This document shows positions 49,331 through 58,194 of a stretch of 64,000 nt of DNA, piece by piece; positions within the stretch are counted from its first letter, which is position 1, and each line of letters begins with the position of its first letter. Below the pieces are notes generated by a model. That model was not told where the DNA came from. It did no database searches and worked only from the letters and a program-made list of their open reading frames with translations. The stretch spans positions 13,593-77,592 of the forward strand of contig JBHHXT010000002.1 of the NCBI GenBank assembly GCA_046757165.1, written 5' to 3'. The DNA comes from a bacterium. Its GTDB lineage: Bacteria; Zhuqueibacterota; Zhuqueibacteria; Oceanimicrobiales; Oceanimicrobiaceae. Made by a program: the position numbers and the translations under genes.

Positions 49331-51118
49331 TTGCAACCACGTTCGAAATCTGCACCCGACCCCATTCAAACGGTCTCAATCAATCAAGGAAAGCTGACGA
49401 TTCAGGACATCGTCGATGTCGCACGCCACTTTGCTGGCGTCGAGCCCTTTCGGGGGCCTCGAAGAAAAAAAACTGAGAAAGTCAGACGTTTCGTGGAGGA
49501 ACATTGGTTTAGCGATTCCGCGCCACCACGGTATGGATTCAACACCGGAATCGGCTCTTTGAAGAGTGTCCGGATCGCTCGCAACAAGATCGAGAAGTTT
49601 CAGGAACTTTACATCAAATCGCATTGCGTGGGAGTCGGCAGACCTTTGGATACTGAAATCGTTCGGGCGGCCATGTTACTGCAGGCAAATGCCCTGTCCA
49701 GGGGCTATTCCGGAATCCGGCCGATCATCGTCGATAAACTGATTGAAATGCTCAACAAGAGAATCCATCCAGTTGTGCCCGAGCACGGCTCCCTGGGCGC
49801 CAGTGGCGATCTCGCCCCACTTACTCACATCGCTTCTGTTCTGGTCGGGGAGGACGAGGCCGAGCTCTGGCAGGGCGAGCAGCGCATGCGGCTGAAAGAT
49901 ATCAAGGATTCGAGTCAGGACTTGCACCTCGAGCTGGGCGGAGAGACGGTTGAGTTTCAACCGATTCGATTGCAGGGCAAGGAAGCCATCTCTTTGACGA
50001 ATGCGACGACCTTCATGTTGGCACTCGGCGTGTTGCTGACGCATGATGCAGAGATTCTGCTCAAGAGCGCCGACATCGCGGCCGCCCTCTCCCTGGAGGC
50101 TATGATGTGCAAAAAAGACGCTTTCTGCGAACCGCTGCACGACCTGCGAAACCAGACGGGGCAAATCAATACGGCGGCCAACCTGCGCAACTTGACCGAC
50201 GGCAGTCACCGAATGACGCCGGAGGCCCGGCAGGCTTATTTTGAAACCAGCACTGCCCGGCAGCTGAAGACAACCCTGTCCGGACAGGAAGACCAAGAGA
50301 CAATTCAGTTGATAACCAGATACAAGGTGGAGCACGAATTCGAGAAGCACCGCGTGCAGGACGCTTATTCTCTGCGATGTGTACCACAAGTCCATGGCGC
50401 GTGCAAAGATGCGTTCAACTTTGTGAAAACCATCGTCACCAGGGAAATGGAAGCCGTAACTGACAATCCCGTCATCTTCGAGACAGATGAGGGTTTCGAA
50501 TCAAAGAGCGGCGGCAATTTTCATGGAGAGCCGCTCGCTCTGGCCATGGATTTCTTGACAATTGCACTGGCAGAGATTGGCAGCATTTCAGAGCGCCGGA
50601 CGTTTCGATTACTCAGTCCACGCATGAGCTTTGGCCTGCCAAATAATCTGACGGATGGCGAAGTCGGACTGAATTCAGGATTCATGATGCTGCAATATAC
50701 CGCCGCGCAGATCGCGTCCGAGAACAAAATCCTGTCCCATCCCGCTTCTGTGGACACGATTCCGACCTCGGACAATCAGGAGGACCATGTCAGTATGGGG
50801 TTCACGGCCGCCCGCAAGGCGCGGAGTGTTCTACATAATGTGGAGAACATTCTCGCCATCGAGCTGCTGTGCGGCGTGCAGGGCGTGCATCTCAGCTCGA
50901 AGGACCCGGCCGTCTCGCTTGCGAAATTCGCTTTGGGAAAAGGCACAGCGGTCGCCTTCAATGTCATTCGCAGTTTTGAAGATTCAAACAAAGAGAAGCC
51001 ATTCCAGGTGCAGCACGACGATGAGTATCTGCACCGAAGGATCGTGCTGATGACAAGGCTATGTTCAACGGGCAGGATCGTTGAGCAAGTGGAAGAGCGC
51101 TCGAGTCTGAAGATCTGA
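49331..51118 (+). CDS. MIO-dependent aromatic amino acid ammonia-lyase family protein, histidine ammonia-lyase-like, with an internal ~45-aa insertion
   Basis: The ASG MIO triad (GSLGASGDL) is present. The substrate-selectivity dipeptide is Ser-His (IKSHCVGVG), as in HAL. An extra segment lies between NLRNL and RVQDAYSLRC. No hutU or hutI is nearby. Confidence 0.8.
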   Translation: MQPRSKSAPDPIQTVSINQGKLTIQDIVDVARHFAGVEPFRGPRRKKTEKVRRFVEEHWFSDSAPPRYGFNTGIGSLKSVRIARNKIEKFQELYIKSHCVGVGRPLDTEIVRAAMLLQANALSRGYSGIRPIIVDKLIEMLNKRIHPVVPEHGSLGASGDLAPLTHIASVLVGEDEAELWQGEQRMRLKDIKDSSQDLHLELGGETVEFQPIRLQGKEAISLTNATTFMLALGVLLTHDAEILLKSADIAAALSLEAMMCKKDAFCEPLHDLRNQTGQINTAANLRNLTDGSHRMTPEARQAYFETSTARQLKTTLSGQEDQETIQLITRYKVEHEFEKHRVQDAYSLRCVPQVHGACKDAFNFVKTIVTREMEAVTDNPVIFETDEGFESKSGGNFHGEPLALAMDFLTIALAEIGSISERRTFRLLSPRMSFGLPNNLTDGEVGLNSGFMMLQYTAAQIASENKILSHPASVDTIPTSDNQEDHVSMGFTAARKARSVLHNVENILAIELLCGVQGVHLSSKDPAVSLAKFALGKGTAVAFNVIRSFEDSNKEKPFQVQHDDEYLHRRIVLMTRLCSTGRIVEQVEERSSLKI

Positions 51119-51233
51119 TCTCCTTCTCTCAAGTCAGGACTGGGGGATAAGAAGGTCTCATGCCGAGGGGAAAAATGCGGTGTGTCCTGCTTGGTTGAAG
51201 AAATTAGCACAGCGGTTGCCGCCATCAGGGCAG

Positions 51234-51265
51234 TGTCGGAGATCGCTTCGCTTAACTCCGACACA
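51234..51265 (+). promoter_or_regulatory. Leader hairpin (GTGTCGGAG-N14-CTCCGACAC) about 70 nt upstream of hisS
   Basis: A perfect 9-bp inverted repeat seen in the sequence. There is no following U-tract. Confidence 0.3.
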
Positions 51266-51330
51266 CTATCCGATTTGACTCTTTGGACAGCCCCGTGCGG
51301 AACAATTCAGGTACAAACAGGAAGGAAGAC

Positions 51331-52707
51331 ATGGCAGCCATCAAACCGAGTTTACCAAAAGGAACGCGCGATTTCTTGCCTGAGCAGATGGTGAAGCGGC
51401 AATTTGTCATCGATTCCGTCAGAGATATTTTTGAGACATACGGTTACCAACCTCTCGAGACGCCGTCGATTGAGAAGCTGAATGTCCTGTCCGGGAAATA
51501 TGGTGATGAGGGGGAGAAACTCATTTTCAAAGTGCTGCGCCGCGGCACCGGATTGGAGCAGCTGCAAAGAGGACAGGAAGAGTTCGTCGTCAAACACTAC
51601 GGCGACCTGGTGGAGGAAGCGCTGCGCTACGACCTGACCGTGCCGTTGAGCCGCGTCGTCGCCATGTACCAGAACGAGCTGACCTTTCCGTTCAAACGAT
51701 ACCAGATTCAACCCGTCTGGCGCGCCGACCGCCCGCAGCGGGGGAGGTACCGCGAGTTCTATCAGTGTGATGTAGACACCGTGGGCACCCCCTCCATGCT
51801 GGCTGACGCGGAGACGATCGCCATCGTCCATGATGTCTTGTCGACCCTGGGATTCGACAAGTTCACCATTCGTATCAACAATCGCAAGATCCTAACCGGT
51901 ATTCTCGAGTATGCGGGTATCGAAGCCGCGCGGGGCGGTGGCGTTTTGGTCGCAATTGACAAGCTGGACAAGGTCGGCCTCGACGGTGTGAAGCGTGAGC
52001 TGACTGCTCAGGGGCACCCGCAGGAGGCCATCAAAAAGATTCTCTCGATTCTGGCGCTCGAGGGGAAGCCCGACCAGGTCCTGTCGCATCTGGCCGATGC
52101 GTATGGCGAGCTCAACTCCCTGCGCCAGGGCGTGGAAGAGCTGATGCTCCTGATGTCCCATCTGGATGGGCTGCAGGTTGTTCCTGAGCGTCTGCAAGTC
52201 GACCTCTATCTGGTCAGAGGGTTGGGCTACTACACCGGACCGATTCACGAATCTGTCGTGACCGAGCCGAAGATGGGGAGCTTGAGCGGAGGGGGAAGGT
52301 ACGACCGGCTCATCGGAACGTTCTTAGGCCGGGACATTCCAGCCACGGGCACCGCTTTTGGGATTGAGAGAATCATCGACGTGATGAGCGAGCTGGACAT
52401 GTTCCCGGGAACCAGGACCAAAACCGAGGTGCTGGTGGCCTATTTCGACGAAACGACGTTACAAGCCAGCCTGGCCTTTGGGCAAGCGTTGAGGAACAGC
52501 GGGTTGAAAACCGAGACCTATCTGGACAAAAGCAAGCTCAAGAAACAGTTCTCGTATGCAAACAAAAAGCAGATCCCGTTTGTTGCTTTAATCGGACCGG
52601 ATGAGCAAACGGACGGTCTCGTCACGCTCAAGAATATGGACACCCAGGAACAAAGGACGGTGTCGCAGCCAGAAGCAGTCCAGTTGCTGAAAGATGAATT
52701 GAGGTGA
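51331..52707 (+). CDS. hisS: Histidyl-tRNA synthetase
   Basis: An ATG at 51331 gives MAAIKPSLPKGTRDFLP. Motifs 2 and 3 are present. The ORF-track start at 51283 is an upstream extension. Confidence 0.9.
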   Translation: MAAIKPSLPKGTRDFLPEQMVKRQFVIDSVRDIFETYGYQPLETPSIEKLNVLSGKYGDEGEKLIFKVLRRGTGLEQLQRGQEEFVVKHYGDLVEEALRYDLTVPLSRVVAMYQNELTFPFKRYQIQPVWRADRPQRGRYREFYQCDVDTVGTPSMLADAETIAIVHDVLSTLGFDKFTIRINNRKILTGILEYAGIEAARGGGVLVAIDKLDKVGLDGVKRELTAQGHPQEAIKKILSILALEGKPDQVLSHLADAYGELNSLRQGVEELMLLMSHLDGLQVVPERLQVDLYLVRGLGYYTGPIHESVVTEPKMGSLSGGGRYDRLIGTFLGRDIPATGTAFGIERIIDVMSELDMFPGTRTKTEVLVAYFDETTLQASLAFGQALRNSGLKTETYLDKSKLKKQFSYANKKQIPFVALIGPDEQTDGLVTLKNMDTQEQRTVSQPEAVQLLKDELR

Positions 52708-52742
52708 CGGCTGCCTGCCCGAAGTGAACGCAGCGGAGGGGC

Positions 52743-52801
52743 AAAAAAAGAAGGGACTGGCAAAATCCGATGTAGCAGCGCTCAGTTGCAATTGCCAGTC
52801 C
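52743..52801 (-). terminator. Hairpin with an 11-bp stem (GGGACTGGCAA-N28-TTGCCAGTCCC) followed by a T7 run on the minus strand. It is a minus-strand or bidirectional terminator.
   Basis: Seen in the sequence. The A7 run lies 5-prime of the stem on the + strand, which gives a U-run in the minus-strand transcript. Confidence 0.45.
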
Positions 52802-53118
52802 CCGGGGTGCTTGATCTCCTCGAAAGATGCTATGCCGAAAGGTTGGAAGTGGAGATCAAAAATTAATCTTTGTGGAATTCCGTTTCCTGCTAAGCATGGA
52901 TTGAATCTGAGAGTGAGATCTTAGGTTCAATAGAAGCTTGTCACCGACATCCGTGTTCCCCCAAAAGATCGGACAAGGTTGCGGCAAATGGGATGCCAGT
53001 GTGTACACCGCGATATAAGTCCTGTTAAATCAATGTTTCATATCGGTGCACCTGGCCGGGCTTAGTTGGGAAAGCCCTGGTAGAATATGGAACAAGTGTT
53101 TTGATTTGAAACAGGCGT

Positions 53119-53487
53119 CTATTTTTCAGCGGCGAGAGAATCCTGCGCAGATTGTTTCTTTTTCAACTGCTCAGTCGTTTTGGTCAAGATTTCCAGCCAC
53201 CGCTCGGGCTCCTCTTCGTAAGCCGCGATACTGCGCTCGAAGTCGTCGCGCGAAATTCTGAGACTATCCAATAGCGCTTGAAAATCCTGGCTGGAATCCG
53301 CTTGTAATGTGTCAAGGGAGAGGAAAAGCATTTCAGAGTAGACCCGAACAAACTTGTCAGGTGCCAGGGGATCGGGATCCGTCTGCCGATGACAGACCGA
53401 TTCTGTTCCGGCAAGTTGAAGAACGAGGAAAAGCTGAAACACAAAAAGATGTTTGGAAGTCGCTCTTGAATTTGGGATTCGATTCAT
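53119..53487 (-). CDS. Hypothetical small secreted protein (122 aa)
   Basis: A hydrophobic N-terminal signal-like segment (LFVFQLFLVLQLAG). It is divergent from radA. Confidence 0.45.
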   Translation of the reverse strand: MNRIPNSRATSKHLFVFQLFLVLQLAGTESVCHRQTDPDPLAPDKFVRVYSEMLFLSLDTLQADSSQDFQALLDSLRISRDDFERSIAAYEEEPERWLEILTKTTEQLKKKQSAQDSLAAEK

Positions 53488-53561
53488 TTGCCTCCACCAC
53501 TGTGACCACGTTGATGCAAGCTCTAAATATATGAAAACACTACAAGGGAGTCAATAAAATG

Positions 53562-53590
53562 TTGACTTTTTAGGGATTATTTGATAATTT
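53562..53590 (+). promoter_or_regulatory. Sigma70-like promoter for radA (TTGACT, 17-nt spacer, TAATTT)
   Basis: Seen in the sequence. Confidence 0.4.
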
Positions 53591-53628
53591 GCTTTCCGTC
53601 ATGTTTGAGGAGGCAAAGAGCATTTGAT

Positions 53629-55002
53629 GTGTCTTTGAGAGGAAAAAGGGAAAAGAGCGAGTTTGTTTGTCAGACATGCGGCCATATGTCGCTGAGGTGG
53701 ATCGGGCGGTGTCCCGAATGTCAGAGCTGGAACAGTTTTGTTGAGGAGGTTCGACCGCAGAAAACGTCATCTCATGGAACCCTTCAGAAGGCAGTTTCCA
53801 CACCCGTAAAGCTCTCTCGAGTAAGTTTTGGTACTCACCAACGCATTCTTGTTCGTTCCAATGAATTCAACCGTGTTCTGGGTGGGGGGATGGTCTCGGG
53901 TTCCCTGATGTTGCTCGGTGGCGATCCCGGGATCGGGAAATCGACCCTCATGCTGCAAGAAGGCGCTGCTCTGGCAGCGGCGCAATGCCCGGTGCTTTAC
54001 GTTTCAGGCGAGGAATCCGCGCAACAGACTAAACTGAGAGCGCATCGGCTGGGTCTCGAACCTGAACATTTGTACATTTTTGCCGAAACAAATTTGCATC
54101 AAATCATGCACGGCATCGAACAAATCAATCCGGGTCTTGTCATCGTTGATTCGATTCAGACGGTTTTTCATCCGGGGTTGGAGAGTTCGCCCGGCAGCAT
54201 CAGTCAGGTCAGAGAATGCGCGCTGGCGTTTTCTCAGATGGCCAAGAGCAGAAACATCCCTGTATTTCTTGTTGGGCACGTGACCAAGGAGGGGTACATT
54301 GCCGGTCCAAAGGTGTTGGAACACATGGTCGATGTTTTGTTGAATTTTGAAGGAGACGGCCAGCATTTTTACAGGATATTGCGGGCTGCCAAAAACCGGT
54401 TCGGGTCGACAAGAGAATTTGGTGTTTTCGAGATGAAGCAGGACGGGTTGCATGAGGTTGCCAATCCCTCTGCTCTTTTTTTGGAGCAGAGAAAGGAAAA
54501 CATCTCAGGCTCGACCGTGGTTTGCACCCTGGAGGGGACACGCCCTTTCCTGGTCGAAATTCAGGCCCTGGCCAGCCCCTCGAATTATGGCGTGGCGCAA
54601 AGAACTGCCACCGGAGTTGACAGCAGGCGCCTTTCGTTACTGCTCGCCGTGCTGGAGAAGCGGATTGGAATGCGGCTGGGCAGCAGCGATGTCTTTGTCA
54701 ATGCCGCCGGCGGGGTGAGAATTGACGACCCCTCTGCTGATTTGGGCATTCTGGTGGCCATCGCATCGAGTTTCAGAGACCAGGTGGTCGATCCGCACGC
54801 CGTCATTGTTGGCGAAATCGGCCTGGGTGGAGAAATCCGCGCTGTGCCGCAGATCGACAAGAGAATTGAAGAAGCACAAAAATTGGGGTTCAAAAAGGCC
54901 GTTATTCCAGGGTTCAATTCAAGAGGGTTGCACAAAAAAGGCTCTTTGAAAATAATCGCCATCGAACGAGCGCAGGATGTCCTGGACGAGGTTTTGAATT
55001 GA
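53629..55002 (+). CDS. radA: DNA repair protein RadA/Sms
   Basis: An N-terminal C4 zinc finger (CQTCGH..CPECQSW), a RecA-like Walker A (GGDPGIGKSTL), a KNRFG motif and a Lon-like C-terminus. The ORF opens at 53581; the in-frame GTG at 53629 gives the typical N-terminus. Confidence 0.88.
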   Translation: MSLRGKREKSEFVCQTCGHMSLRWIGRCPECQSWNSFVEEVRPQKTSSHGTLQKAVSTPVKLSRVSFGTHQRILVRSNEFNRVLGGGMVSGSLMLLGGDPGIGKSTLMLQEGAALAAAQCPVLYVSGEESAQQTKLRAHRLGLEPEHLYIFAETNLHQIMHGIEQINPGLVIVDSIQTVFHPGLESSPGSISQVRECALAFSQMAKSRNIPVFLVGHVTKEGYIAGPKVLEHMVDVLLNFEGDGQHFYRILRAAKNRFGSTREFGVFEMKQDGLHEVANPSALFLEQRKENISGSTVVCTLEGTRPFLVEIQALASPSNYGVAQRTATGVDSRRLSLLLAVLEKRIGMRLGSSDVFVNAAGGVRIDDPSADLGILVAIASSFRDQVVDPHAVIVGEIGLGGEIRAVPQIDKRIEEAQKLGFKKAVIPGFNSRGLHKKGSLKIIAIERAQDVLDEVLN

Positions 55003-56138
55003 CCAAACGATTCGAGGTTTTGAAGCAGGACTCTGATTCACGGGCAAGAACGGCCAGGTTGGTGACCGCACATGGCGAGCTTCGGACCCCGGTGTTCATG
55101 CCCGTGGGGACCCAGGGCACGGTGAAAGGGGTATCGCCACAAGAGTTGCACGAGACTGGAAGCCAAATCATCCTGGGCAACACTTACCATCTTTACTTGC
55201 GGCCGGGAGCGGAAATCATTAAAAAGGCTGGCGGACTGCACGCCTTCTCTGGCTGGAGCAAACCCATCCTGACCGACAGTGGCGGCTACCAGGTCTACAG
55301 TCTGACAGATTTGCGAAAAGTCACAGAAGATGGCGTCGTGTTCAAATCGCATCTCGATGGCTCCTGTCATGAATTCAGCCCGGAATTGGCCGTAGACATT
55401 CAGGGGTGCTTCGGGTCCGACATCATCATGGTTCTCGACGAATGCCCGCCTTACCCGTGCACGGAAGAATATGCCGCCGGCGCGGTCAGAAGAACAACAG
55501 CCTGGGCCAAAAGATGCCTTAGCCGATTCAGAGAGAGCGAACCGCTTTTCGATTTCGAGCAGACCATTTTTGCAATCGTGCAAGGGAGTACCGTCCCTGA
55601 ATTGCGCAGGGAGAGCGCCGAGGCCCTGATAGCGCTCGATTTTCCCGGCTACGCCATCGGAGGCTTGTCCATCGGCGAACCGAAGCCTGTCCTGTTTGAA
55701 ATGGTTGAGGTTTGCACAGAACTGTTACCGGTTGACAAGCCCAGGTACCTGATGGGGATGGGCAAACCAGAAGATTTGGTCGAGGGCATTGCCCTGGGCA
55801 TCGACATGTTCGACTGTGTCCTTCCGACCCGAAACGGTCGCAAAGGGCAGGTGTTCACCTGGGCGGGACAGATGAATGTGAGAAACGCCAGCTACAGAGA
55901 AGACTTCCGGCCTATCGATGAAACGTGCGAATGTTTCGCCTGTCGCAATTTTACCAGGGCGTACCTCAGGCACCTCTTCCAGTCGGGGGAGATACTGGGC
56001 ATGCGTCTGGCCAGTTTGCACAACCTCCATTTCTATCACAAATTGGTGCAAACATGCCGCAAATGCATCAGTCAAGGATGTTTTTCAACCTGGCGAAAAG
56101 AGTTCTATCGAAACTATGCGTGCAAAAACGATGGTTAA
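54999..56138 (+). CDS. tgt: Queuine tRNA-ribosyltransferase
   Basis: TPVFMPVGTQG, ILGNTYHL, DSGG and a C-terminal zinc site (CECFAC..H). Confidence 0.93.
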   Translation: MTKRFEVLKQDSDSRARTARLVTAHGELRTPVFMPVGTQGTVKGVSPQELHETGSQIILGNTYHLYLRPGAEIIKKAGGLHAFSGWSKPILTDSGGYQVYSLTDLRKVTEDGVVFKSHLDGSCHEFSPELAVDIQGCFGSDIIMVLDECPPYPCTEEYAAGAVRRTTAWAKRCLSRFRESEPLFDFEQTIFAIVQGSTVPELRRESAEALIALDFPGYAIGGLSIGEPKPVLFEMVEVCTELLPVDKPRYLMGMGKPEDLVEGIALGIDMFDCVLPTRNGRKGQVFTWAGQMNVRNASYREDFRPIDETCECFACRNFTRAYLRHLFQSGEILGMRLASLHNLHFYHKLVQTCRKCISQGCFSTWRKEFYRNYACKNDG

Positions 56139-56156
56139 GCCTGAACCTGTAACTTT

Positions 56157-56489
56157 ATGGAGGGAGAAGTGAATCACCTTTTATCTGTTTTCATGTTGCT
56201 GCAAGAAGGTGGCCAGCCGGGTGGAAGTGGCCTGGGCGGTTTGATTGTTCCCATGCTGCTGATTTTCGCCATCATGTACTTCCTGATCCTGCGCCCGCAA
56301 GCCAAGAAGCAGAAACAGCACCAGGCCATGATTCAGGCGATCAAACAGGGTGACCGGGTCGTCACGGCTGGGGGCATTCACGGCACCGTCGCCGGCGTCA
56401 AGGAAAAGGATGACACATTGATTGTCAAGATAGCCGACAATGTGAAAGTGAAGCTGAGCAAGGCATCGATTGCCAGGAAGCTGGATTAG
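56157..56489 (+). CDS. yajC: Preprotein translocase subunit YajC
   Basis: A single TM helix followed by LKKGDRVVTAGGIHG-like sequence. Confidence 0.85.
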   Translation: MEGEVNHLLSVFMLLQEGGQPGGSGLGGLIVPMLLIFAIMYFLILRPQAKKQKQHQAMIQAIKQGDRVVTAGGIHGTVAGVKEKDDTLIVKIADNVKVKLSKASIARKLD

Positions 56490-56492
56490 GAC

Positions 56493-57020
56493 ATGGCACT
56501 ACGGTACATCGTGAAGTATGGGCATCCCTCGCTCAGAATGAAAGCGCATGCCATCGAAGTTGTTGACGACACCATCCGCACCCTGGCTGAGGATATGGTC
56601 GAGACCATGTACGAGGCGGAAGGCATCGGCCTGGCCGCGCCCCAGGTTGCTGAACCTCTTGCGGTGTGTGTTGTCAACTATGGCATGATCGAGGAAGGTA
56701 CAGCAGCGCGGGTTTACATCAATCCGGTCCTCACAGATGAGGAAGGCTCGACCAAAATGGAAGAAGGGTGCCTGAGCATTCCTGACATAAGAGAAGACGT
56801 GGAAAGGCCGGAGTCCATACGCGTGCGGTACCAGGATCTCAATGGGGTCCTGCATGATGAGCGCTGCGAGGGCATGTTGGCCCGCGTGCTTCAGCATGAA
56901 ATCGACCATCTCAATGGCGTGCTTTTTGTCGACCGGATCAGCCCCATGAAAAGGAAGCTTCTTTCTAAAAAACTGAAGCGAATCGCGGCGGAGGGCAAGA
57001 CAGAAATGCACGGAGTCTAA
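56493..57020 (+). CDS. def: Peptide deformylase
   Basis: GIGLAAPQV, EGCLS and QHEIDHLNG motifs. Confidence 0.93.
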   Translation: MALRYIVKYGHPSLRMKAHAIEVVDDTIRTLAEDMVETMYEAEGIGLAAPQVAEPLAVCVVNYGMIEEGTAARVYINPVLTDEEGSTKMEEGCLSIPDIREDVERPESIRVRYQDLNGVLHDERCEGMLARVLQHEIDHLNGVLFVDRISPMKRKLLSKKLKRIAAEGKTEMHGV

Positions 57021-57207
57021 TTTTTTTCGCAGACTTCGCTGCGAAAAAAGTCATTTAGCGCTCCGCGCCGTCATTTGCCCTGCGGGCCTCATTTGGTCCT
57101 TGCCTGCTCAGTGACGCCCGCAGGGCAAGTGACAACAAATGACGAGCTAAGCTCAAATGACGGTTTTTTCGGTAGACGATTGACCCAAAAAAACTATCGA
57201 CAATACT
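57021..57207. promoter_or_regulatory. Composite regulatory region between def and fmt. It contains a bidirectional terminator hairpin (T7-CGCAG-acttcg-CTGCG-A6, 57022-57049). It contains a nested inverted-repeat array with 5 copies of GTCATTT(G) / CAAATGAC (57050-57170) ending in a U-run. It also contains an operator-like palindrome, ATCGACAA-TACT-TTGTCGAT, overlapping a promoter-like TTGACC..TACTTT.
   Basis: All repeats were read directly from the sequence. Confidence 0.5.
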
Positions 57208-57258
57208 TTGTCGATGTCTGACGCTCAGAGCCTAATTCAAGACAAGCACGGCGCAGCA

Positions 57259-58194
57259 ATGAAAATTGTGTACATGGGAACACCGGCATTCTCAGTTCAG
57301 AGTTTGCGGGCGCTTAGTGACAGTCAGCATGACATTGCTGGTGTGGTCACGGCGCCCGATAAGCCTGTTGGCCGGGGCCTGAAAATCAAGTGTTCGCCGG
57401 TGAAGGAGCTGGCCCTGGACTTGGGCTTGCCAGTCTTTCAACCGCAAGATCTGAGAGAGCCGGATTTCCTGACCGGGTTACGGCATCTCGCTGCAGATCT
57501 GTTCGTAGTCGTGGCGTTTCGAATTCTGCCGCCAGAGGTGTTTGAAATGCCTCCTAAGGGTACCATCAATCTTCATTCTTCTTTGCTGCCCAGGTATCGC
57601 GGTGCCGCCCCCATCAATTGGGCGATCATCAACGGCGAGACCGAAACGGGGGTGTCGACCATTTTCATCCAGAAGGACATCGATGCCGGCGACTTGATTC
57701 TGCAAAAGAGAATAGCTATCGGCCAGGATGAAACAGCGGGAGAGTTGCACGACAAGCTCGCCGTTGAAGGGGCGAAGCTGTTGTTGGAAACGGTGGACCT
57801 GATCGCGAAGGGCAAGGGCCTGAGCATCAAGCAAACAGGGGTGATGACGCGAGCTCCCAAGCTGACCAGAGAGCTCGGCAACGTGGATTGGCGTAAATCG
57901 AATGTCGAGATAAGGAACCTTATCCGTGGGTTGAGCCCGGTCCCGGGTGCGTATACGTATCTGCATGGCAAGGTGATCAAACTTTACCGAACCAGCCTGG
58001 AAGAGAATCACGGCGGAGGTCGACCCGGTCAGATAATTGAAGTCGAACCCAGGAAAGGAAGCCTGGTTGTGGCGACTGGCTCCGGGAACTTGAGACTGGA
58101 GACGGTGCAGCCAGAGGGCAAGAGAAAAATGACAGCACGTGAATTTCTCCTGGGTCACAAACTCGAAAACGGTGACTGTTTTGGCTCAAAGTAG
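57259..58194 (+). CDS. fmt: Methionyl-tRNA formyltransferase
   Basis: An ATG at 57259 gives MKIVYMGTPAFSV. SLLPRYRGAAPI and HxxD-type formyltransferase motifs are present. Confidence 0.9.
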   Translation: MKIVYMGTPAFSVQSLRALSDSQHDIAGVVTAPDKPVGRGLKIKCSPVKELALDLGLPVFQPQDLREPDFLTGLRHLAADLFVVVAFRILPPEVFEMPPKGTINLHSSLLPRYRGAAPINWAIINGETETGVSTIFIQKDIDAGDLILQKRIAIGQDETAGELHDKLAVEGAKLLLETVDLIAKGKGLSIKQTGVMTRAPKLTRELGNVDWRKSNVEIRNLIRGLSPVPGAYTYLHGKVIKLYRTSLEENHGGGRPGQIIEVEPRKGSLVVATGSGNLRLETVQPEGKRKMTAREFLLGHKLENGDCFGSK

